A stretch of 52,329 nt of DNA from Eremomyces bilateralis CBS 781.70 (lineage: Eukaryota): NCBI GenBank assembly GCA_010015585.1, contig ML975193.1; one strand, written 5' to 3'. The notes under the pieces were generated by a model. That model made no database searches. It had not been told where the DNA came from and saw only the letters and a list, made by a program, of their open reading frames with translations. Positions 1-11,814 of the stretch are shown here, piece after piece. The position numbers and the translations under genes were made by a program. Numbering within the stretch: the first letter of the stretch is position 1; the number at the start of each line of letters is the position of its first letter.

Positions 1-610
1 CTTGATGAAATGTAGAAGTCAACGCGTACGATCAATTTCTGAAAACAGATTAGCGATAGCCTTTCCGGATCAAGCACACTTAGCGATGGGAGTTCCCTCA
101 CCTATATCATGATTTGATACTCGACACATCCACACAAACTATGCAGGAGTCTCTCAGACGGCAGTGGTGCCCTCTGCCTTCAAGGCGCATGATTGGTCAA
201 TATTTAGTGGCGTGTGCTAAAGAAGAGGCTGGGCTTCATTGGGTATAGCGGAGCCCCATAATGGCCAGGGGGCACCATTGCCGCCTGAGTCCCAACTGAG
301 ATAAGGCCAGCCACTGTAAGAGCACTTGCCCACGAGAATTTGGTTGTAGGCCATCGCAGGTCAATTAATCAAGGCCTAAGCCAGACGCTGTTAGATTATC
401 ATCTAATTAGTTTACAACTAGAATCTGAGGTCCTGTGAATTTGCCGCTGAAAAGTGCGGTTTGTGACGCGGTTTTGTGTGGCATTTCCACACGACCGGCC
501 ATGAAAATCTTCCCTTCCCCCCCCAACACCCTGTAATGCCAAGCGCACGTGACTCCCTTAGTCACGGCCAATCCCGCAATTTGTTCCTTTCGACATTGTT
601 ATCACTACCT

Positions 611-1633
611 TCAGCTATCTCTCTGCTTAAGGCTTGCCCAGAAACTATGCGCCCAGTCCGAAAGATCCGCTGCAGTAAAGACGACGTCATCTTCTGGCAG
701 TACAGGGGGTCGGAGAATGAGATCCTGAAATTCTAGAATCAGAGGCGATCCATTCACGGCATATGATGAGGCGCCTTGCTGGATGGTGATGGTTGGTTGA
801 GCAGTAGGAGCTGATTGTCCAGTGGGATTTGGCGAAGCGGCCTGATTTTGGGTAATCGTAATCGTTTGCATATTTGTCGGAACTGGGGGGTTGGGATTTG
901 GGTGTGCTCTGGTAACCGGATGTGCAGGAGCCGGAGAAAGGCACCACTTTTCAATATATAGCCTCTTCTGCGGTGGCATTATTGAGATGATGATAACAAT
1001 CCTCACATCGCCTCTAGAGTTGCTTAGCCACCATTGTGCGTCAATTCTCAGACGATCAAGCCCTTCAGAAAGTCCAGACTCGATAACAATAGTTGGCCAA
1101 TCATCTTTCCAGTCTCGGGAGGCTGGTTTATATGCTGAATCGCCCTCCTTCGAGGAGTTAGGACGATTGAATTTGGTTCCGCCAATAGGAATAAAGGTTC
1201 TTTTCCGTAGGCCCATTCTATTCAGCTCCAATATAAGGTCCTCGGCTAGTGAGAGGTGCGCAATTTCGTGTTCCGCCGAGGGCATTAGTTTAATAATCAA
1301 TAGGTCGATATCCGTGTGATGAGTTATCCGAGTATGCTTCCCTATCATGGCGCGCTTATTGTCTATCTCCGCAAGATCATCTTTTGTGACACCCCGAAAA
1401 ACAAGGTACTGCTGATTCGAGCGACCGGCCATTAACTGAGTAGACTGTGACTTGATACGCCACTGTAGATTTCGGAGTCCTTTGTATTGATAGATTAGGA
1501 CGTCTTTTAGTCCATCCATGGACGAAGTCTCTGCCAGCGATGTCTCTTTCGATGATGCACCCGTACCGGAGGATGACCGTGACATGGGTGCAGATGCATA
1601 TAGGCCATCAGTAGGTCCGGCAAATGTAGCCAT
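611..1633 (-). CDS. Hypothetical protein with a PD-(D/E)XK / Uma2-like restriction-endonuclease-type motif set
   Basis: Intronless ORF, first ATG at 1633. The pattern MPSAEHE...KEGDSAYKP...WPTIVIESGLSE...LRIDAQWWL is typical of a large fungal family with a REase-like fold. Confidence 0.6.
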   Translation of the reverse strand: MATFAGPTDGLYASAPMSRSSSGTGASSKETSLAETSSMDGLKDVLIYQYKGLRNLQWRIKSQSTQLMAGRSNQQYLVFRGVTKDDLAEIDNKRAMIGKHTRITHHTDIDLLIIKLMPSAEHEIAHLSLAEDLILELNRMGLRKRTFIPIGGTKFNRPNSSKEGDSAYKPASRDWKDDWPTIVIESGLSEGLDRLRIDAQWWLSNSRGDVRIVIIISIMPPQKRLYIEKWCLSPAPAHPVTRAHPNPNPPVPTNMQTITITQNQAASPNPTGQSAPTAQPTITIQQGASSYAVNGSPLILEFQDLILRPPVLPEDDVVFTAADLSDWAHSFWASLKQRDS

Positions 1634-2472
1634 GTTGAGGTTCAAGGGCCAGAGCAGGCCGGAACGAATAATGAAGGAGCAGTGAGAGATGATGAACGCT
1701 TAATTAGAGTAGCCCTTCAGTGGAGAGGTAATGTGTGGATGCGGACGAGGATTGGCTTCCTGAGAGAAATAGCTTTAATTAGCGTAAGTTTTCAAAGGTG
1801 TGAGTGAAGTTCGAGCTAAGGGGCTATGCTTGAAAGGGAATGCCCCGGAAACTAGGACTAAAAATGGCAAAGCACGCTGAATTAGAAACGGCGCGCTAAA
1901 TCCAAAGAGGTAGTCCCAGGTTCTCAAATTACAATCACAAAGAAAATTTACTTGGGATATCCAGCTGGTTACCATGTCTTGGCATGAACATTCCTCCCAA
2001 GGCATGGTAAGCGAGGCTTAGCCTAGTTAAGGCGAGGTGGTGGGTGGGTCCAAGGGCACGGATACATGGCTTCAAACGTATTCGCACATCGAAACGGCAA
2101 TGAAGTGCATCATTGAAAGATCCCATTAAAGGTGAATTTGTTAAAGCACATGATTGAAATTCTATTAAATCGGCCAGCTCAATGACGGTACCTCGATTTT
2201 GGCGTGGAATACAGTAGCAGAGCAGCTAAAAATTAGGCAGCAGTGCTACCCGTGACAGTGGACTATCACTAATTACGGTCTACTGCAATAACCCATCTAG
2301 CAAAGGCGTAAGAAACCGACCCTATTCCATCCTTTGGAAAGAGAAATCCAGCACACTTTTGATGCTCATCATCTTCACGCGCGTCCGATATCATTCCATC
2401 CTTCCGATCCAGAACACACATGCGACAGGCGGATCCATAGCGGTCCGCTCAACCCAGTAATTTGCCCAAGTG

Positions 2473-2955
2473 ATGGCACAAAGCGAGCCAGTGGCAGAGT
2501 CAATGGGCATATCCAGACGCCCGCTCACCCCTGAATGGAGCATAGAACTCGATGATTCTTTCGTCGCGCGGGTGATCGATGGCGAACTGCGGATGCTCTC
2601 CATGGGGCCGCCCGTCCGGACGATCTGGTTCATTGTGTGGTGTACACCGGAGGAACCGCATACCGACACCCTCAACCGGATCATGGATAACGCGCACCCG
2701 TCGCCGAAAGAGCGGTTCATTGAAGTTGGTGCCGACGAGGACGAGGTGCGGTACGGCTCGTGGTACCCCTCCACAGTCAGCGGCCACCACCAGTGGGGCC
2801 TATACGGGTACACGATGCGCCACGGTTCCTACGTCCAAGCGGCCTTCCTAACCGATGAGGAGTCCGACCGTGACTGGGCGCTGGCTGCCTGGCGGTCTCT
2901 ACGTTATGCGGGGCCGGTCGGAGGAAATCGGTCTGCTGGGGGTGGACTGGGATAG
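2473..2955 (+). CDS. Small intronless hypothetical protein of bacterial appearance
   Basis: 160-aa globular-looking ORF (LTPEWSIELDDSF...YGYTMRHGSYVQAAFLTDEESDRDWALAAWRSLRY), GC-rich at third positions inside AT-richer flanks. Confidence 0.6.
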   Translation: MAQSEPVAESMGISRRPLTPEWSIELDDSFVARVIDGELRMLSMGPPVRTIWFIVWCTPEEPHTDTLNRIMDNAHPSPKERFIEVGADEDEVRYGSWYPSTVSGHHQWGLYGYTMRHGSYVQAAFLTDEESDRDWALAAWRSLRYAGPVGGNRSAGGGLG

Positions 2956-3699
2956 AAAGATTCTCGTAACCAGGTCGTGCGGAAATGCCGCCAAAAACGG
3001 CGTTACAAACCACCGAAAATGGAGGTCACACTGCCGTCAGATTGTTTAAAAGAGTATTATCTAGAATTATTATGTAGAATGCCTTCTGAGATCTAAGATC
3101 CTCGAATGAGCGGTGAAGCTGAGGGCATCTCAGGAGATGCCTGGACTCAAATGATAAATATATCTCCACCCAACCTCCACAATTACAGGGAGATGCCGCA
3201 GAGGTGCGATGGCTGTTCCGTGTTCGCAGCACAGCATTGGATCGGAACAATTCATCTTCATGCAATTTGATATCTAGCAATTCCGGGTGCCTACCCTTTT
3301 CCGCACTCTTTCCCAGTATTTCCCACTATATACATACAATACGACTCTAGTTAGAGCGTGGGATATCCGATTCTGAAACAGTATAAAGTAATCAAAACGC
3401 CGTCGCTGTGCTTGCTTGAACCCAACCTGTTCATGACATTCGTTCCTTCCTTTTTCCAAGCATTCCTAGCCTGGAATATGTGCAAATCGGAGGTGCATTT
3501 CACACAATGCGTCTGTCATGAGGACGTCAACGAACCATGAGACATGCGTCTCGACCGCTCCAATGCGGCCTCCATACCGTATACGACTCATCCGCGCAGG
3601 CGGAAGAGCCGTTATATCCAAAAGGGCATGTCCAAGAAGAAGAAGAGACATGATTAACAACAATCCAACCACAACCCAGGACTCCGCGCGACGGCCATG

Positions 3700-3843
3700 T
3701 TAAGCCGAGACTTCACTTTCTGTTGTGTCTCTTCTTGCTGAAATGCCCAACCGATCCGAGAGGAGGTAGATGCTAAACCCGACGGCGGCTATCACGATGA
3801 AAAGGACGAGAACGATGATAAATATGACAATGTTCTGCTTCAT
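3700..3843 (-). CDS. 47-aa single-pass membrane microprotein
   Basis: Translates to MKQNIVIFIIVLVLFIVIAAVGFSIYLLSDRLGISARRDTTESEVSA*. Start context is GCAGCCATG. A candidate 5'UTR intron lies at 4012-4066 (GTGAGT...CTAAC...CAG). Confidence 0.65.
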   Translation of the reverse strand: MKQNIVIFIIVLVLFIVIAAVGFSIYLLSDRLGISARRDTTESEVSA

Positions 3844-4691
3844 GGCTGCGAGAGGGTCCGGAGAAGGACCTGGCTGACTTGTGGGGGAATCGCGGAGTGG
3901 GATGTGTTGGATACGAGATCTTTGGCGAGAAATATCGGTCGTATATCGGTCGTTAAATGGGTATTAGATGTTCAGGAGGCAACCGGTGTGTTGGAGTGGA
4001 GGTCAAGAAGCCTGACATGCAGTTAGTTCCTGCATCCTTGTGGAACCAGATAAGAGTTTAACTCACCAAGAGGAAATATAGCTTCGGATATCAGCCTTGA
4101 GGAACAGTACGGATATTCTGTTCGGAATTTGGGACCGCTGTGAGGGAATATGGGGAATATGGACAATACGACCGGAGGTGGTCGTTTCTGTGCGGTGACT
4201 GTGCTGCGAGGTTGGCAGGAGAGGATTGGATGGCTCAAACGCTGTGTCAAACAATAACTGTACAGAGTGGTGGTATGGTATGCGAGTGAAATATACAAAA
4301 GTCACAGCAGCAGCAACCTGCCGCCCGCGGGGAGGACTGAACAGTTAAAGGCTGAAAGTAGGAGGCAGATTAACAGTGAGGTTGGGCAAACAGATCAACA
4401 TTTGGCTGGGCGACGTGTGGGGCGGGGGCTGGGGCCAGGGGTTGGGGGCCCAGCCACCAGATGTGTGGCTGGTGATGCGGGGTGCCATGTCACGTGCATA
4501 TTGCTGACAGGGCCCCTCAGGCAAATGAGGCAATTAATTCAATATTGTTTGTTTACATAATCGTCACGATTAAATCGATCAAAAACCAGACATCCCTCCC
4601 TTTATTATCGTGAACCAAATAACTATAGAAAGTTACAAATAGGAAGTAAGTCTTTCTTCAGTTCGTATTCTCTTATGCTCTACTATATACT

Positions 4692-6805
4692 CTATAGCTT
4701 GGCCTCTACTCTCGGCCCTTCACCTTCGACTTCAGCAGCCAGCGTCCCTTCCGCTACTTCTTCGCCGTCCTCCGCTTCAGTTACCCAAGTGATTCGCCCT
4801 GTCCGATGTGCTCTCACCTCCAACTCCATCTTCATCTGCTGCACGACGCAGACGACATCGCCTTCCTTCACAATGTCTCCTTCGTCCACAAGCACCTCCA
4901 CAAGCTTGCCCGGGAACGGGATGATGATGTGGGCCGGATTCTTGGGATTCCCCTTGCGCTGCGTGCTGGTCGTGGACCCGGCACTGGCCGTGGTGCTTTG
5001 AAGAGCCAGCTTATATGGCGTTGGCTTCGTCGCGCCGCTGGGTGTGTACATGATCTCTGCCGTCATTGCCGTCGGGAATTCATTTCGCAACACCTTGATG
5101 AGCTGGAGATGATTCGTCACGCTTGCGTTCGGATCATCGCGAGGGGCCAGGGTGAGGGACCAAGCATCGCCTTTGCGGAAGAGAACGCTCGTTTGGCCAA
5201 AAGATGCGCCCTGGGAGGATGAGTCGGCCAGAACTTGAAAGGTGCGAGGTGCGCGTGCGGTGATCGACTCTCCAGTCTGTAGAAGTTCCACCTGCGTGGC
5301 CTCCAGCCATCGAGTATCACACTTCCCAGCTAGGAAACTAGGGTGGGAGACGATACCCTTGAGTACATCAAGATTGGTTTTCACTCCTTCGATCCTCGTG
5401 TCGACGAGCGCCCTCTTGGCCTTGGCCACCACATCTTCCCATGACAGAGCTGTCACAATGATCTTCGCCAGCAGACTATCGAAATCGGTGCTGACCATTG
5501 CTGAATGGCCAGAAATCAGGTTGGTGTCGACTCGAATGCCATTTCCACTGGGGAAGTGGAACGACGAGATCTTCCCTATGCTGAGGGACCAATCGTTTTG
5601 AACGTTCTCCGCCGTGATGCGGAGCTGCACTGACCGAAGGGCAGGAGGTTCAGCCGGATTCTGCGTGGTTTGTGACATGAGCTCGGAAATTCTCGCTCCA
5701 TGAGCCAACCGCAGCTGCAGCTTGACAATGTCATGGCTTGTGATCGACTCGGTTATGGTGTGTTCAACCTGCAACCTCGGATTGACTTCGAGGAAAAAGA
5801 ACTCCTTCGTTTGAGGGTTCGCGAGGAATTCGAACGTCCCCAGTGACCGGTAGTTGATCTGAATCAACTAGTCAGCATTCAAGTGACCTACGAGGTATGT
5901 TTTCAAACTTACGCTTCTCGCCATGCTCACAGCAGACTCGATAACTCTCGCAACGAGTGCCCGGTCTGTTATCGAACTAGGCGCAATCTCCACTACCTTC
6001 TGATACCTCCTTTGTATGCTGCATTCCCGCTCCCAGAGATGTCGTACGTCCCCATTGCCATCGCCAACGATCTGAATCTCGATATGTCGGTATCCGTCAA
6101 CTGCAGCTCGCTCAGCAAAGACTTGCTTCGAAGGGCTCTCTTCAATGGCTCGTCTAGCGGAACTCTCCAGCTCTTCTTCCGACCGAATCAGACGAATCCC
6201 TCGTCCACCGCCACCGTCCACGGCCTTGACCATGATGGGATAGCCACATTGGCTTGCGAATTTCTGGAGAACTTGTATGGAGTTTGTTGGGGTGGTCAAT
6301 GCCGGTAGAGTTGGCACGTTGCCTATTTAAAATCAGCAATCGGATAGCAAAAGACATGGACAAGTCTCGCACATGCTGCTGCCAATTTCTTCGCTTCAAG
6401 CTTGTCGCCGGTGCGAAGCAAAATCTGGGCACCTGGCCCGATAACAAAAGCTCCTGTTTCCTGCTCGACTCGCCGTGCAAATTCCGCCGACTCCGACAAG
6501 AACCCGTATCCCGGGTGCACGGCTTCGATTCCATGGCTTTTGACAATTCCAATAATTTCCGCGATGTCCAGGTAGGATGCGGGAGAAGCGAGCTTTAAGG
6601 CATGGTCGGCCCCAACAGTGTGGGAGTTGTCCTCGCCGGAATATATCGCGAACGTTTCAAGTTCCAGTTCCCGTGCGCTGGATATGATTCTCGTAGCAAT
6701 CTCGCCTCTAGGATATATCTCAGTCTCGTTTCATTTGTTTCATTCATGAGATGAGTCGACAGACCTGTTGGCAACAAGGAGGTTCTTAAATGGCCTCGAA
6801 CTCAT
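4692..6805 (-). CDS. Biotin carboxylase + biotin-carrier (alpha) subunit of an acyl-CoA carboxylase; 4 exons
   Basis: Motifs LLVANRGEIA, HPGYGFLSE, KAVDGGGGRGIR, RECSIQRRYQK, EVNPRLQVEH and biotinylation site QMKME. Introns at 6708-6764, 6323-6372 and 5859-5912. C-terminus is AKL. Confidence 0.92.
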
Positions 6806-7240
6806 CTTCAAGGATTCGATATACGCGGGTTTACTTCTGGTTTTGGTAGAGGCACGTTACTTGGTGTCAGATATCACGTCTTAGCTTACCAGTCAACAGC
6901 TGTTAAAGGGAACTGTTCACTAAAATGGACGATATCCGAACTATGTATATCTTTAAGTATATTTGTAAACGCCGAATATCCTATGCTACTCTCCGAGCAA
7001 AACAATCCATGGTGGCTTGGTCCGGTTGAAAACGTGGGGTCATCGTGGGGCAGGAAGGGGCACCGAGGCATTGACGATTGATCTCCATAATACCCCAGCT
7101 TTACTCCCCGAGGTCCCCATACGTAGGTGACGGACAGTCGCCGCTAATACACAGCGAAATGTAAATGTTGTGATGGTGCTGTTCCTTGCAGCAGGTTTAG
7201 TATCTGAACGACTCTTGGGTTATCCGGGTTGCAATTGAAG
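6806..7240. promoter_or_regulatory. Bidirectional promoter of the carboxylase pair with FarA/FarB-type and CreA-type motifs
   Basis: 435-bp gap between divergent ATGs. CCGAGG at 7063 and 7108; SYGGRG matches at 7034, 7045 and 7093 (minus strand). Confidence 0.55.
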
Positions 7241-9150
7241 ATGGGTGCAGACGACAACTCCTCCAACGCGACAGCGCGTCTGTCGCAACTTTCTTCGCAT
7301 ATCTCTCCAAAGAACGCGGACGAGAGAGGTGCTGAACAACAGACGAAGACACGATCTCGACGAAAGAAGAATGTCGACAATACCCTCCCTCCCGACTACT
7401 CGGACATCCTGGGCCAGATCACCTCGCTCCAGAAGATGGCCCTCACGCCTGATCCCACGAATCGAGGGTACAGCCGACAAAAGCAAGCGGGCAAGCTCTG
7501 GGTGCGTGAGCGGGTGGAGCAATTGCTCGACGAAGGGTCATTCCGAGAGGTCGGGAGCGTGAGTGGGACGGTGGAGTGGAAGAAAATCGCCGCGGCGCGA
7601 GAGAAGCCGGTGTCATATGTCCCTTCGAACAACGTGCAAGGGTTTGGGAAGTTGAGAGGTCGGACGATCGTGTTCACTGCGGATGATTTCTCGATAAGAG
7701 CCGGGCATGCAGATGGAGCGTTGATGGATAAGACCGTGAGTATGATCCAACATTGACCGTCATATGGCCGCTGACAGTCAATAGTTGTACATGGAGAAGC
7801 TGGCCGTCGCCTTAAGACTGCCGATGGTCAAGCTTGTGGATGGATCGTCTGGTGGTGGATCCGTCACCACGATTCGCACGAACGGGTTCTCATATATTCC
7901 CCCGATGTCCGCCTTCCCCCCAGTAATCGAGCAATTGAACATGGGCATACCCAATCTGGGCGCCGTCCTAGGTCCTGCGATCGGTCTAGGCGCGGCTCGC
8001 GTCGTCGCATGCCACTTCTCCGTCATGGCGGCAGATATCGGCAGTTTATTCAACGCTGGGCCGAATGTCGTTGCGGGTAATTCCCCCGGTGCGTGAGTTT
8101 GCGATCACGATAGCTAACGAATCCAGGCGCCACATTCGAGGAAGGTCTCAGCTTCACGGAGTTGGGCGGCCCCGCGATGCACTGCACTAACGGGACCATC
8201 GACAACCTCGCTGCGAACGAAGCGGAATGTTTTGAGCAGATTCGAACCGTTCTGGAATACCTTCCAAACTCCGGCTTCAGCGCACCGCCATCGGTGCCCG
8301 TGGAGGACCCGGTAAATCGAAGCTGCCCAGACCTCCGGACCATCATCCCGAGAAAGCGGGAGCGAATGTATAATGCTCGAAAGATCATTACGTCTGTGGT
8401 CGATCAAGGCTCCTGGTTCGAGATTGGTTCTTTGTGGGGAACGACCGCGATATGCGGCTTAGCCAGGTTGGGAGGCTATCCGGTTGGGATCATCTCACTG
8501 AATTGCGAAGGTGAGTGTCGACGGCCGGCAAGGGGTTTTCATTTTGCTGATCAGTCACAGTGAACGCCGGCGCGCTGGATGCACTTGGCTCCCAGAAGCT
8601 CAATCGACACCTGAAGTTCCTTGATATTTTCAATATTCCTCTACTTCAGTTCGTGGACGTCCCGGGGTATGCGATCGGGACATCCGCCGAACGCACCGCG
8701 ACCATGAGACACGGCGTAAACCTGGCCGTAACTTACTACTCCACGACGATCCCGATCTTCAACGTCGTGACGCGAAGAGCGTATGGCGTCGCGGGCGGGA
8801 TCATGCTCGACTCCCGCGACCCTCGGCAAAGAGTCTGCTGGCCCAGCGGTGAATGGGGTAGCCTTCCGCTGCAGGGCGGCATCGACGTCGGCCATTCATT
8901 TGAGCTGAAGGAGATCGAGCGGAAGGAGGGCCTGGCGAAACGAAAGGAGCGGTACGATGAGCTGGACGAGGAATATCGGCGGCTGATGAATCCGGTGCGG
9001 ACGGCGAACCATTTCGGGGCGGAGGAGATTATCGACCCGGCCGATACGCGCTATGTAGTGTGTACGTGGGCAAAGCACTACTACGATGAATTGCTCCCGA
9101 TTCGTCTTATGGAACGGACTGGGGGGAAGATTCATCCTTCATTTGCATGA
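7241..9150 (+). CDS. Carboxyltransferase (beta) subunit of an acyl-CoA carboxylase; 4 exons
   Basis: Motifs GKLWVRERVEQLLD, ADDFSIRAGHADG, GPAIGLGAAR, GLARLGGYPVG and FVDVPGY. Introns at about 7736-7784, 8077-8126 and 8511-8560. Confidence 0.92.
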
Positions 9151-9354
9151 GCCGTCGGAATACTGTGATTAGATGATACCATGCCACCAATCGTATTCTG
9201 CAAGACTCATATTTGAATTTCATAAGCGTCGTCGTATTTATCGTTGGTTGTGTTGCCAGTATATTGCTGCTCAAAACCAGTCCCACCAGTTTCGTATGGC
9301 CTCTCAAAATCTGTAATTGTCCCACTCTGCATGCTTGAAACCATCAGGGATCCT

Positions 9355-11814
9355 TCAGAGCTGCTTTTCTTCACGACCATCCATATTTGCGGGAGATGGG
9401 GACGATGGAAAAGGTGGACTTTCTGCAGCGCTAGACTCATGCAGCCGCGTTCTTCCATTCGTACTCCTAAGCCACGGGCGGGCTTTATTCGGGGCTACGC
9501 CTGGAATTTGGCTGCTTCTCTTGGGAATGCTCTGCCTCAATGCAGATGGACTAGAGGGGGCAGGCCGATCTGGAGTGGAGGTTCTTTGCCAATATGAAGA
9601 TACGAGTTCCCCCTCCTCCTTTGGAGTGGCATTTCGACTTTCCCAGTTAGCCGACCCAACTGACTGCTCGCGATCATCCAGCTCTCTCTGAGCGATGTCG
9701 TCCTCCGTCCGCCATTTGACTGGGCTTTCATCATAAGGGTCGAAGCCAACGCGACGTCTTGCCTCTGCACGGACACGTTGGCGATAAGCCGAGTCGTTCC
9801 CTGCGCCTACAGTGCTACTCTCACTGAGGAAGAAATTCAACAGTTCGTCGGTGATGGAGAGATGCGAAGTCTGTTGAAACTGCTGCAACGATGTGAGACG
9901 GATTAACAGCTCAAGAAGAGAAAGCGACGTGCGCAATGGGGGGAGGGATGGTGCACGAGCGAGAGTCTCGGGTGTAAGGGGAGCTGGTGTCATCGGAGTA
10001 GGGCTTCGTTGCCATCGCTCCATCTGACCTGAACCTGGTGTGGAATTCTCTAGGTGCAGATGAGAAAGAGCAGATGCCAGGGAGGGGTCTAATGACTGAG
10101 AACGAGATGTTGACCGAGTCCCGGGCTTGCGCCGCGTTTTAGCATTTTCGGTCAGTGGGGGGGATGACGGTATTGGGCTAGTTGAGGTGGCATCCTCGTT
10201 CGAGGGCTCTTCGTCGTCATCAGACCCAGAACTCTCGACAAACACCTCAAAAGCCATCCATTCTGGGTCAAGATTTGGGGGTAGGGACCATGGATCACCA
10301 CTTCGGGGCAATTGTTGATGCCTCTCCTGGTCGTATTGATCAGACGTGCCCTCTAGATTTTGCGACTCGGGCTCGTAATCCTCCTCTTCAGACGAATAGG
10401 ATTCCTGGGTGAGATTCAGGGGTAAGGCCAGTTCTTCCCCACCCTCTCCAGATGTCTGCCTATCCACCATACGTCGAGGCAATGCCGCATTAACATCCCG
10501 CTTTAGTAGCAGAACGGGGTTGTTGGCTTCTCCTTGTGAGCCGATATTCAGAATCTTGCCAGTGTCAGCGTAGAAAATCTTCGAGATCTCATGAATTGGC
10601 AGGAGGGTTCGAATGCCTGCCATAGCGACATCGCCAAATGGACCAGGTTGCGGCTGATCGTCTTCAAAGGTGTGAACTCGGTCATCGTCAAGGTCCTCGA
10701 CTATTAGAAGCTGGTATGCGAACTCATGTGCTTGTTGTTCCGCAGGGATGGTATCTACACTCCTGTACGGGTGGCCGGTCGCTAATTCCGAGGACAGAAC
10801 GCCGATATCACGGAGCGGAACCCGAAGCAGCCTCACCTTGGCTTTGTGTATGACTTCTTTCCACGTGGTTTCGCGAATGTTCTCCCTGTCCTGGGGTCGA
10901 TTGGCATGGCCCGAGAAAAGCATGTACATGGAAAGGTGAAATGACGGTCCCACTTGGATCGCGTGTCCTGGAGTTATTGAATATTGAGTGTCTGCTGCCG
11001 TTAGGAAGGTGCTGGCTTGGAGTAACCGAGACGCTGAGACTGTGCGAGGCAAATCTGTTGAGAGGCTAGCGCCTGAGGTTGTGATAGCCAAGTTGATTAA
11101 GGGGACAGCATCCTCAATACGAGCCAACAGTCTCTTCATGTCATTGATGACCATTTTAATCTCCAGCTCGGCCTGCGTACGAGCGGAACTTCTCAACTTG
11201 CCGTCGCTCACGGCCTCCCCGTCGCTTGCAGCTTTCGAAAGTCTGATGCCCAGTGACTGAATGTCAAAACGCAATGATTTGGTCAATGAAACTGCGGATT
11301 CCAGTGACGTGTTTCCTCTTGCTGCGCTTGGTGTAGTTTTAGCATTGCTTAACAAATCCGAGGGTTTGCGGTCACATACATCAACTCAATCATGTCGATA
11401 GCGGGTGACAGGATCCGGATTTTGCTCTCCAAGCGGAGTTGGAGATCAGTGATTTCATCCTTGGTCGATCCTTCAACTGTCTTCAAAAGGCGAGAACATT
11501 GTTTGATTGCAAACCCGCTCGTGATGGTTATACCAGAGCTTCAACGGAGTCAGCCTGGGGTCCTCAAAGTGCTGACCTGAGTGAAGGCCGTCTCAAAAGC
11601 TTACCGAATGGCATAGTTCATCGCCTGCTGAGTGATCTGTAAGGGTCAGCACATGATTATCTTCGTACGTACACATGTTAGATGGGGGCCATTTTCAACA
11701 GCGGCTAGACAGTGAAGTAGAACCATCCATCGAACTGGGCGTCAGGGGTTGAAAGTGACTTTCTGGACAGAGGAGCACTCTGGGACTGCTCACCTTTGAA
11801 AGGAAGACTTCCAT
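9355..11814 (-). CDS. YRB30: RanGTP-binding protein (Yrb30 family)
   Basis: Spliced N-terminus MEVFLSK/ITQQAMNYAIR; RIRILSPAIDMIEL, ARGNTSLESA, RIEDAVPLINLAITTSG and LSLLELLIRLTSLQQFQQ motifs. Confidence 0.85.

Noticed and set aside
3124..3141. Short hairpin GGCATCTC-AG-GAGATGCC
   Set aside because: An isolated 8-bp stem with no context, plausible by chance.
11673..11734. Possible stop-containing cassette exon inside YRB30 intron 1
   Set aside because: The downstream intron would be only about 36 nt, shorter than the well-supported introns here, and there is no other support.
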